Assembly (NCBI GenBank): GCA_900617105.1
Contig: UYFQ01000006.1
Location: forward strand, 806,001-870,000
Direction of reading: 5' to 3'
Source of the DNA: Hydrurus foetidus
Taxonomy: Eukaryota
DNA length: 64,000 nucleotides
Made by a program: the position numbers and the translations under genes. Positions 8,927 through 16,936 of the stretch are shown piece after piece. The notes under the pieces were generated by a model that had not been told where the DNA came from, made no database searches, and saw only the letters and a list, made by a program, of their open reading frames with translations. Every line of letters begins with the position of its first letter. Position 1 is the first letter of the stretch.

Positions 8927-9768
8927 AGAGGGGGACTTCAGGCGATGCGGCACCGCTTGCCGCCACGTCTGCCCCACTCAGTCTCAACGCCTTGCTGCTG
9001 ACCCCGGCCCGCGTGCGCTGGCGGGCGCTGCGTGAGCTGTGGTGGTACCGCAGTTATTGGCGACTCCCCAGCGCCCGCACCGCGATGCGGCTGGAGCGCG
9101 ATACTGAGCTGGCCGCGATGGCTCCCATCCTGCTGTTGATCGCGCTGATGGTGGCGGCGCTGATGTTCGTCGTGTTGCCGCAAAAATTAGGTGAGCAAGC
9201 CACCGAGGCACTGTCTACGTTGTGGCCGATGTGGGTGGTGCACATCGCCCCCATGCTGTGCGCGTTGACGATGGCGATGCTGAACGCGCCGGGCATCGCC
9301 CTGCAACTCACCGAGCGCGAAGCCGCTGGCGAATTCACCGGGGCCGATCCGCGTGACCTGCGCACCCGCTCCGCGCTCGCCGCCCACCTGTGCGTACCAC
9401 TGATCGTGGCGCACGCGGCGGTGTGCGTGGCGTGTACTTTTTTGATGGTGTTCTTTGTGTTGGCTTTTGGCCTGCTGGCACAGCTGGTGCTGGCCGTGGG
9501 CGACATCCGCAACGTAGCCGATTTGGTGTTCGCCCGCATTTCGCCGTTGGCGTGGCTGCACACCGCTCTCAGCGCCTGGGCGCTGGGGCTTGTCTGCGTG
9601 CTGTCCGCCGTGGTCTATGCGTGGCCCGGCACCCAAATCACCCAGCGCGGTCTGGACGCCCACCGCCTGGGCCTGCGTGCCATGATGGTCAGCGCCATCG
9701 CCTGCGTGGTGGCGGGCGTGGCCTTCAACTGGGTGGCGGTGTTGCTGGGGTGGAGCGCTGTGGGCTGA
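8923..9768 (+). CDS. Divergent MlaE-like ABC permease
   Basis: About 5 TM helices; IAPMLCALTM...PGIALQL..REAAGE...LCVPLIVA resembles the MlaE core; adjacent to MlaD. Confidence 0.65.
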   Translation: MKRGTSGDAAPLAATSAPLSLNALLLTPARVRWRALRELWWYRSYWRLPSARTAMRLERDTELAAMAPILLLIALMVAALMFVVLPQKLGEQATEALSTLWPMWVVHIAPMLCALTMAMLNAPGIALQLTEREAAGEFTGADPRDLRTRSALAAHLCVPLIVAHAAVCVACTFLMVFFVLAFGLLAQLVLAVGDIRNVADLVFARISPLAWLHTALSAWALGLVCVLSAVVYAWPGTQITQRGLDAHRLGLRAMMVSAIACVVAGVAFNWVAVLLGWSAVG

Positions 9769-9848
9769 CAGGATGATGGCGTGAGCCCGGCAAGGCCGGT
9801 GTCATGCAAGTTCCCTGTGCGCCGCAAGGTCTGCGCTACATTCGGCAA

Positions 9849-11243
9849 ATGAACATGAACACGCCAGCACTGCCGCTCCAGTCAGTCCCCTTGCCCGGCC
9901 CGCGCGGCTTGCCGCTGATCGGAAATCTGCTGCAATTGCCCCGTGACCGGCTGACGCAGCACTTCATGCAGCTGGCCCACCAATACGGGGGCATTTTTGC
10001 CATCAACTTTGCCGGCTACCGCATGCCCTTTGTGTGCTCTGCGCAACTGGCCGAAGTGGTGTGCAACGAAAAACGCTTTCGCAAGCTGGTGGCACCGCCG
10101 CTCACCACCTTGCGCCCGCTGGCAGGCGACGGGCTGTTCACCGCCAACGGCGACGAGCCCAACTGGGCGCTGGCGCACCGGATTTTGATCCCCGCCTTCA
10201 GCCAACGCGCACGCCGTTTGTACTTTGATGCCATGCTGGAGGTGGCCGATGCGCTGGTAGCCAAATGGCAGCAGCGGCCAGGGCATTGGCTTGATGTCAG
10301 CGCAGACATGACCCGCCTCACGCTGGACACCATCGCGCTGTGCGGGTTTGGCGAGCGCCTGGCCTCTTTCGCCAGCGATGCCCTGCACCCCTTTGTGGAT
10401 GCGATGGTGCGCGTTTTGGACGAAGCGATGGCCCGTACCACCCGCCCACGCTGGCTGACCAAGCTGAACCGGCCCGCTGTGCGGCGGTTCAAGGCCGATA
10501 TTGCGTTTTTACACAACATGGTGGACGACGTTATCGCCGCCCGCCGCGCCGCACCCGTGCCCACCAAAGACCTGCTGGGCCTGATGCTGGAAGGCGCTGA
10601 CCCCACCAGTGGCGAGAAGCTGTCAGACACCAATATGCGGTTTCAGGTGATTACCTTCCTCATCGCAGGCCATGAAACCACCAGTGGTTTGCTGAGTTTT
10701 GCGCTCTACTTTTTGACGCAGCACCCCGATGCCTTGGCCCGCGCCACCGCAGAAGTGGATGCCTTGTGGCCTCTCGGCACGCGGCCCACCTACGATGACC
10801 TCGACAAACTGGTCGTGGTGGAGCAGGTGCTGGAAGAAACCTTGCGCCTGTGGCCCACCGCCCCCGCGTTTTCCGTCTCCCCCTATGAAGACACCACCTT
10901 GCCCGGTGGCTACGTGGTGGCCAAAGACCACCGCATCACGGTGCTGCTGCCCGCGCTGCACCGCGACCCTGTTGTCTGGGCGCAGCCCGAGGTGTTCGAC
11001 ATCGACCGTTTTTCCCCCGAGCGCCGAAGCAGTATCTTGCCCCACGCCTACAAGCCGTTTGGCAACGGTTCTCGCGCCTGCATTGGGCGGCAGTTCGCGA
11101 TGATGGAAGCCAAGCTGGCGCTGGCGATGGTGCTGCAAAACTTCGAGCTGGAGGCTGATCCGAGCTACACCTTGCAAGTCAAGGAAACCCTGACACTCAA
11201 GCCCGAGGGGTTTCGACTCAAAGTGCGGGCGCGGTCGTTTTGA
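9849..11243 (+). CDS. Cytochrome P450, CYP102 (BM3)-like heme domain without fused reductase
   Basis: AGDGLFT, FLIAGHETTSG, ETLR and KPFGNGSRACIG heme-binding motif; ends after TLKPEGF. Confidence 0.93.
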   Translation: MNMNTPALPLQSVPLPGPRGLPLIGNLLQLPRDRLTQHFMQLAHQYGGIFAINFAGYRMPFVCSAQLAEVVCNEKRFRKLVAPPLTTLRPLAGDGLFTANGDEPNWALAHRILIPAFSQRARRLYFDAMLEVADALVAKWQQRPGHWLDVSADMTRLTLDTIALCGFGERLASFASDALHPFVDAMVRVLDEAMARTTRPRWLTKLNRPAVRRFKADIAFLHNMVDDVIAARRAAPVPTKDLLGLMLEGADPTSGEKLSDTNMRFQVITFLIAGHETTSGLLSFALYFLTQHPDALARATAEVDALWPLGTRPTYDDLDKLVVVEQVLEETLRLWPTAPAFSVSPYEDTTLPGGYVVAKDHRITVLLPALHRDPVVWAQPEVFDIDRFSPERRSSILPHAYKPFGNGSRACIGRQFAMMEAKLALAMVLQNFELEADPSYTLQVKETLTLKPEGFRLKVRARSF

Positions 11244-11255
11244 ATTGACATGGCG

Positions 11256-12236
11256 CTAGTCGGCAAACACCTGATGGGCTGCCCGCGCCAGCGTCTGGCG
11301 CAGCCACTGGTGACCCACCCCACTTTGGGCGCGGCGGTGCCACAGTGCATCGACATACACCCTGGGCACATCCAGCGGTAATTCCCGCACGGCCAAGGCC
11401 GCTTCCAGGCCGGTGACGGCCACAAAATGCCGAGGCAGTACCGTCAACAAATCGGAGTGGGCGGCCACGCGGGCGGCGGTGAAAAACTGGTTCACCGTCA
11501 TTACCACGCGGCGCTGCCGCCCTAAAGCGGTGAGCGCCTCGTCTACAAACCCAAAGGCTTGCCCCGAAAAGCTGACCAGCATATGCCGTGCGGCGCAAAA
11601 GCGGTTCAGCGTCAGCGGGCCACTGGCCAGCGGATGGTCATGGCGCATGACGCAGACATATTCCCCATCGTACAGCCGCTCATGGGCAAAGTTCACGGCT
11701 TTGCCCACCTGGGCGCGTCCTGTGAGATCAGCTACCACTGCTGGGAAGTAGCCTACTGCCAAGTCCACCGTTTCTTCTTCCAGCAAGCTGCGTGGGTCGC
11801 GGGTGGTCAGGGGGCTCAGGTGAATGGTAATGCCCGGTGCTTCTTTTTCCAAAATCTGCACCAAGCCTGGCATCAACTCGCCTGCTGTGGCATCGGCCAT
11901 CGCGAGCACAAACGTGGTGGTGGCTGTGGCCGCCTCAAACCGGCTGGGGGCCAGTGATTGTTGCAGTTGCTGCAAGGCTTCGCGTACCGATGGCCAAATG
12001 GCCAGCGCACGCGGCGTGGGCTCCACGCCCTGGCCGTTGCGGTGAACCAACTCGTCCCCCAGGGCCTCGCGCAAGCGGCGCATGGCGTTGCTCACCGCCG
12101 GTTGCGTCAGCGACAGGTTGCGCGCGGCGCGTGTCAGGCTGCGCTCGGAAATCACCTCGTCCAGCACGCGCAGCAGGTTCAAGTCCAGTGTGCGGAAATT
12201 GATGGGGGGGCTGGCAGGGTCGTGGCGTGAGGGCAT
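11256..12236 (-). CDS. LysR family regulator (NahR/DntR/NodD-like)
   Basis: LDLNLLRVL...SLTRAARNLSLTQPAVSNAMRRLR HTH and LysR substrate domain. Confidence 0.93.
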   Translation of the reverse strand: MPSRHDPASPPINFRTLDLNLLRVLDEVISERSLTRAARNLSLTQPAVSNAMRRLREALGDELVHRNGQGVEPTPRALAIWPSVREALQQLQQSLAPSRFEAATATTTFVLAMADATAGELMPGLVQILEKEAPGITIHLSPLTTRDPRSLLEEETVDLAVGYFPAVVADLTGRAQVGKAVNFAHERLYDGEYVCVMRHDHPLASGPLTLNRFCAARHMLVSFSGQAFGFVDEALTALGRQRRVVMTVNQFFTAARVAAHSDLLTVLPRHFVAVTGLEAALAVRELPLDVPRVYVDALWHRRAQSGVGHQWLRQTLARAAHQVFAD

Positions 12237-12254
12237 GGTCAACTTCGATAGTTC

Positions 12255-12268
12255 ATCACTATTATGAA
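12255..12268. promoter_or_regulatory. Putative LysR (NahR-type) binding box in divergent promoter
   Basis: ATCA-CTATTA-TGAA (TTCA-N6-TGAT on minus strand) in the AT-rich gap between LysR and the divergent gene. Confidence 0.5.
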
Positions 12269-12370
12269 TGACTCATATCACTAATATAAAGTTGAATAGC
12301 ACTAGGATAAACCCTATGATTCAGCCCATGCCACCGTATTTCACGGCTGCATACTGAAAAGGAAATCATC

Positions 12371-12922
12371 ATGACCAGCTTTGTTCACAGAGAATATGCA
12401 ATGGAACATTCCGGCGTAGTTCGCGCCGAACAGGCCGCGCAGGCTATCAGCCACGCCGTCAAAAACTTCAACGGAACACGCGCCACTGCAACTTTGCTGC
12501 TGGCCGCTGTGGTCTCAGCCTTGGTCGTCGCGGCGAACCAAGTGGTTGGCACCTGGAGCGACAACCACCTGATGGCCGCATGGATCACCCTGTGGACGGT
12601 GGCCTTCGCCGCTATCGGCTTGCTCGCCTCGCCTTTGCTCCATGTCGCCAAAAGCCTGCGCCGTGGCCTGACGACTTGGAGCGTCAACCGCCGCCAAGCC
12701 GAAGCCGACCAAAAACTGTGGAGCGTTGCCTTGACCGATGCCCGCGTCATGGCCGACATCAGCCGTGCCATGGCTTCGGACGCTGAAACGACCGCACCGG
12801 TCTTCTACGCTGCACCTGCCAAGCCCCAGTACCGGAATACAGATGCAGTCACCGTCTCTGACGCTGAGCGCAACCGCCAAGCGTTCTTCACCGGTGCCTC
12901 GATGTTGCACATGGGGCGCTGA
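12371..12922 (+). CDS. Hypothetical membrane protein (2 TM), probable LysR target
   Basis: RBS AAGGA, host-like codon use, two hydrophobic helices, followed by terminator. Confidence 0.75.
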   Translation: MTSFVHREYAMEHSGVVRAEQAAQAISHAVKNFNGTRATATLLLAAVVSALVVAANQVVGTWSDNHLMAAWITLWTVAFAAIGLLASPLLHVAKSLRRGLTTWSVNRRQAEADQKLWSVALTDARVMADISRAMASDAETTAPVFYAAPAKPQYRNTDAVTVSDAERNRQAFFTGASMLHMGR

Positions 12923-12963
12923 AATTTGAGAGGCTGTTGATTCAGCTTTTCAAGCCTTCAAGT

Positions 12964-12993
12964 AAAAAAGCCGTGGCATGCCACGGCTTTTTT
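12964..12993. terminator. Bidirectional intrinsic terminator
   Basis: Perfect palindrome AAAAAAGCCGTGGCATGCCACGGCTTTTTT between convergent genes. Confidence 0.9.
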
Positions 12994-13034
12994 GCGTTCA
13001 ACGCAGGCACTTTATGAGCGCCTCAAGGCCTAAG

Positions 13035-14924
13035 TTAACCCGCCAAACGCGCTTCCAGCTTCGCTTTGTTCGCCTTCAGTGCTTCAGGCAGGTGGTAAGC
13101 GAGTTGCGTGAACAGCTCGTCGTGCAGCTTCAATTCATCCGTCCAGGCGGCTTTGTCGATGCTGGTGACGGTGTTGAACTGCTCGGGGGTGAAGTCCAGG
13201 CCCGTCCAGTTCAGTTCTTCGTAGGTAGGGCTGACACCCACGAGATGCTCGGTGCCGGTGGCTGTGCCTTCCAGGCGGTCGATCATCCACTTCAGCACGC
13301 GCATGTTTTCGCCGTAGCCGGGCCAGACGAACTTGCCATCAGCGCCTTTGCGGAACCAGTTGGTGGTGTAGATTTTGGGCAAGGTGGCACCGCTGGCCGC
13401 CAGTTTTTCGCCCAAATTCAGCCAATGCTGGAAGTAGTCGCTCATGTTGTAGCCCATGAAGGGCAGCATGGCGAAGGGGTCGCGGCGCACAACGCCTTGT
13501 TGGCCTACGGCGGCGGCTGTGGTTTCGCTGCCCATCGTGGCGGCCATGTAGACGCCTTCCACCCAGTCGCGGGCTTCTGTCACCAAAGGCACGGTGGTGG
13601 AGCGGCGGCCACCGAATATGAAGGCATCAATCGGCACACCGGCAGGGTCGTCCCAAGCGGAATCCAGCGCGGGGTTGTTGGTGGCGGCTACCGTGAAGCG
13701 TGAGTTCGGGTGGGCGGCTTTGGCACCGGTCTCTTTGGCGATGGCGGGTGTCCAGTCGCGCCCTTGCCAGTCGATCAGGTGGTCGGGCAGGGCGCGGCCA
13801 GGAGCATCGTGCTCCATGCCTTCCCACCACACATCACCGTCATCAGTTAACGCAACGTTCGTGAAAATCACGTTTTTGTCCAGGCTGGCCATGCAGTTGG
13901 GGTTGGTCAACAGGTTGGTGCCGGGGGCCACGCCAAAGTAACCTGCTTCGGGGTTGATGGCGTAGAGCTTGCCGTCAGCAGCGGGTTTGATCCAGGCGAT
14001 GTCGTCGCCGATGGTGGTGACTTTCCAGCCATCAAAGCCCGCGGGCGGCACGAGCATGGAGAAGTTGGTTTTGCCACAGGCGCTGGGGAAGGCCGCTGCG
14101 ACGTGGTATTTTTTGCCTTGAGGGTTGGTCACGCCTAAGATCAGCATGTGCTCAGCGAGCCAACCCTGGTCTCTGCCCATGTTGGATGCGATGCGTAGCG
14201 CAAAGCATTTTTTGCCCAGCAGCGCATTGCCGCCGTAGCCTGAGCCATACGACCAGATTTCGCGGCTTTCGGGGTAATGCACGATGTACTTGGTCTTGTT
14301 GCAAGGCCATGACACATCGGCTTGGCCAGCTTCCAATGGCGCACCTACGGTATGCACGCAAGGCACAAAATCGCCTTCCACACCCAGTACGTCGTACACG
14401 GCTTTGCCCATGCGGGTCATGGTTTTCATGTTGACGGCAACGTAAGGGCTGTCGGACAGCTCAATACCGATGTGCGCAATGGGGCTGCCCAAGGGGCCCA
14501 TGCTGAACGGCACCACGTACATGGTGCGGCCACGCATACAGCCGTCAAACAAAGCCGCTTTGCCCTCTGCGCCTTCCTGGAGCAAGACGCGCATTTCCGC
14601 AGGGGCCATCCAGTTGTTGGTGGGGCCAGCATCTTCTTTGCGGGCGCTGCAAATGTAGGTACGGTCTTCCACGCGGGCCACGTCGCTCGGGTCTGAGCAG
14701 GCCAGGAACGAGTTGGGGCGTTTGACGGGGTTGAGTTTTTTGAACGTACCCGCGTCGACGAGCTGCTGGCACAGGCGCTGGTATTCAGCTTCTGTGCCAT
14801 CGCACCAGTACACGTCGGTGGGTTTGCACAGGGCAACCATGTCGGCAACCCAAGCGATGAGCTTGGCGTTTTTGACGTGGCTGGGGGCATTGAGGGTGAG
14901 GCCCTTCATCGCGGGTGAGTTCAT
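13035..14924 (-). CDS. pckG: Phosphoenolpyruvate carboxykinase (GTP)
   Basis: [58 protein letters not shown]. Confidence 0.97.
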   Translation of the reverse strand: MNSPAMKGLTLNAPSHVKNAKLIAWVADMVALCKPTDVYWCDGTEAEYQRLCQQLVDAGTFKKLNPVKRPNSFLACSDPSDVARVEDRTYICSARKEDAGPTNNWMAPAEMRVLLQEGAEGKAALFDGCMRGRTMYVVPFSMGPLGSPIAHIGIELSDSPYVAVNMKTMTRMGKAVYDVLGVEGDFVPCVHTVGAPLEAGQADVSWPCNKTKYIVHYPESREIWSYGSGYGGNALLGKKCFALRIASNMGRDQGWLAEHMLILGVTNPQGKKYHVAAAFPSACGKTNFSMLVPPAGFDGWKVTTIGDDIAWIKPAADGKLYAINPEAGYFGVAPGTNLLTNPNCMASLDKNVIFTNVALTDDGDVWWEGMEHDAPGRALPDHLIDWQGRDWTPAIAKETGAKAAHPNSRFTVAATNNPALDSAWDDPAGVPIDAFIFGGRRSTTVPLVTEARDWVEGVYMAATMGSETTAAAVGQQGVVRRDPFAMLPFMGYNMSDYFQHWLNLGEKLAASGATLPKIYTTNWFRKGADGKFVWPGYGENMRVLKWMIDRLEGTATGTEHLVGVSPTYEELNWTGLDFTPEQFNTVTSIDKAAWTDELKLHDELFTQLAYHLPEALKANKAKLEARLAG

Positions 14925-15147
14925 GGCACATGGCTCCTAAGTTGAAAATCGTCTTTTCAAAATCGGCGCAAGGGGTGGTGCTGCGGCTTTGAAAAAACGC
15001 CTTCTACTCAGTCGGCGCTTGGTGTGCGTGATGGGCAACAAGGAACGATGACGGGTAGTCTTCAAATTCCAGAGTCGGCTGGGATGACGATTTTATGAAA
15101 GTGCGCGAAAGTTACCAAGCTGTTACGGCTTATTTTTATGCAAAATT

Positions 15148-15163
15148 AACATAGGGTTATGTT
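15148..15163. promoter_or_regulatory. Palindromic operator-like site upstream of pckG
   Basis: AACATA-GGGT-TATGTT in an AT-rich promoter region. Confidence 0.4.
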
Positions 15164-15208
15164 CAGTTTGGAATTGTGACTGTGGGTAAACAGCCACGAA
15201 CAGAACGC

Positions 15209-15258
15209 AAAAAGCCCATCCCTAGAACACCGCTTTAGCATTCTGGGGATGGGCTTTT
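15209..15258 (-). terminator. Intrinsic terminator hairpin downstream of ilvA and the small ORF
   Basis: AAAAGCCCATCCCTAGAA...TTCTGGGGATGGGCTTTT inverted repeat with A/T tails. Confidence 0.75.
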
Positions 15259-15262
15259 CAAA

Positions 15263-15285
15263 ATTGCTACTGAAAAAGTAGCAAT
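15263..15285. repeat. Core-only copy of dispersed element
   Basis: ATTGCTAC-TGAAAAA-GTAGCAAT, perfect 8-bp arms. Confidence 0.7.
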
Positions 15286-15326
15286 GAATTAACGCTATGC
15301 CTGCATAACAGGAACTTAGGGTATGG

Positions 15327-15464
15327 TCAAGCCATGTTCACGGCGATGAACGCCAGCAAAAACATCAGAACGGCGCCGACGAGGGGCAAAACGATAGGGA
15401 TCACGGGCACGATGCTGTCTACGGGATCGACTTCGGCTTCGGAATGCTTTTGGGGCGCTGACAT
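15327..15464 (-). CDS. Small (45 aa) single-TM membrane protein
   Basis: RBS AAGGAA before ATG 15464; MSAPQKHSEAEVDPVDSIVPVIPIVLPLVGAVLMFLLAFIAVNMA; followed by terminator. Confidence 0.7.
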   Translation of the reverse strand: MSAPQKHSEAEVDPVDSIVPVIPIVLPLVGAVLMFLLAFIAVNMA

Positions 15465-15533
15465 GGTGTTCCTTAAGTTTTTGATGATTGCAGTGATTTT
15501 ATCCGCGCTTGTGCTTTGCAAAGCCACCTTGCG

Positions 15534-16748
15534 TTACTTTTGCTCTATAGCTGTGAAGCCCGCAGCATGCAGGTCATTCAATACTTCGGTGATGTGATCG
15601 TGATCTCGGGCTTGCAGCACCAGTTCAATTTCCACGTTTTGCACGGTCAGCGAGGTGAATGCTCTCTGGTGGTGTACCTCTTCAATGTTGGCCCCAGCAT
15701 CGGCCACCACGTGGGTAATCTGGGCAAGCGATCCGGGCACGTCCCGCGCATTTACCCGCACCCGTGCCAGCCGACCGGCCCGCACCATGCCCCGCTCAAT
15801 GATGGCGGCCAGCAGCAGCGGGTCAATATTGCCGCCGCACAGAACCAAGCCCACGCGTTTGCCTTTGAAGCGCTCGGGGTACTTGAGCAAGGCGGCCAAA
15901 CCTGCTGCGCCTGCGCCTTCCACCAGCGTTTTCTCGATTTCCAGCAGCATCACCATGGCCTGCTCGATATCGCCTTCGTCCACCAGTACCAAATCGTCTA
16001 CCCGTTGCGAAATGATGGCCGTGGTGATTTTGCCGGGTGTGCCCACAGCGATACCGTCGGCAATGGTCGTGCTGCCTTGTGGGTAGTGGGTGCCTTTGAT
16101 GGCGTTCACCATGGCCGGGAAGCGTAAGGTTTGAACGCCGATCACCTCGATACCGGGTTTGAGCGCTTTGGCGGCTGTGGCGATACCAGCAATCAAGCCA
16201 CCACCACCCACCGCAATCACCAAACAGTCCAATTCAGGCACCGCTTGTAGCATCTCCAAGCCCACCGTGCCTTGCCCGGCTGCTATGGTTTCGTCATCAT
16301 AGGGGTGAACAAACGTTAAGCCTTGTGCATCGGCCAGCGTGTAGGCGTGGGTGCGGGCTTCATCCAATGTGTTGCCGTGCAGCACCACCTCTGCACCAAA
16401 GCCGCGCGTACGTGCCACTTTCACCCCTGGCGTGAAGCGCGGCATGACCACCACGGCACGCAGCCCCAAACGTTGAGCGTGATAGGCCACCCCCTGCGCA
16501 TGGTTGCCCGCCGACATGGCAATCACGCCGGTGATGGGGTTGGCAGCCGTTTCGACTTCGCGCAACCGCATCAGCTTGTTGCACGCGCCGCGTTCTTTGA
16601 ACGAGGCGGTGAACTGCAAATTTTCAAACTTCAAAAAAACTTGTGCGCCTGTGATGTCGGACAAGGTTTGGGACGCTACGCAGGGCGTGTTGAGTATGTG
16701 GCCGTGCAGGCGGGCAGCGGCAGCTTCTATGTCGTGGAGGTCAATCAT
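15534..16748 (-). CDS. ilvA: Threonine ammonia-lyase with C-terminal ACT domain
   Basis: KFENLQFTASFKERGA PLP-lysine motif, SAGNHAQG, GGGGLIAG, CGGNID, DVPGSL ACT. Confidence 0.93.
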   Translation of the reverse strand: MIDLHDIEAAAARLHGHILNTPCVASQTLSDITGAQVFLKFENLQFTASFKERGACNKLMRLREVETAANPITGVIAMSAGNHAQGVAYHAQRLGLRAVVVMPRFTPGVKVARTRGFGAEVVLHGNTLDEARTHAYTLADAQGLTFVHPYDDETIAAGQGTVGLEMLQAVPELDCLVIAVGGGGLIAGIATAAKALKPGIEVIGVQTLRFPAMVNAIKGTHYPQGSTTIADGIAVGTPGKITTAIISQRVDDLVLVDEGDIEQAMVMLLEIEKTLVEGAGAAGLAALLKYPERFKGKRVGLVLCGGNIDPLLLAAIIERGMVRAGRLARVRVNARDVPGSLAQITHVVADAGANIEEVHHQRAFTSLTVQNVEIELVLQARDHDHITEVLNDLHAAGFTAIEQK

Positions 16749-16936
16749 GGGTCGATTTTGCATCCGCCAATGTGCCCGATGTTGCAAAATTTATTCAAAG
16801 TAGGGTATTCCTCGTGAGAACAAATAGCCATGAGTGTTCCATTGCTTTCGCGACTGCGTTATGGTGCTTGTAGCCGTGTTGCTGCATCTGGTTTTACAGT
16901 CCTGTTTACGTCCTTTTTGTGTTGTTGGAGGTGAAG

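Noticed and set aside
16282..16298. Half-site AAACCATAGCAGC (minus strand) in ilvA
   Set aside because: Only one arm matches; too weak to count without a statistical scan.
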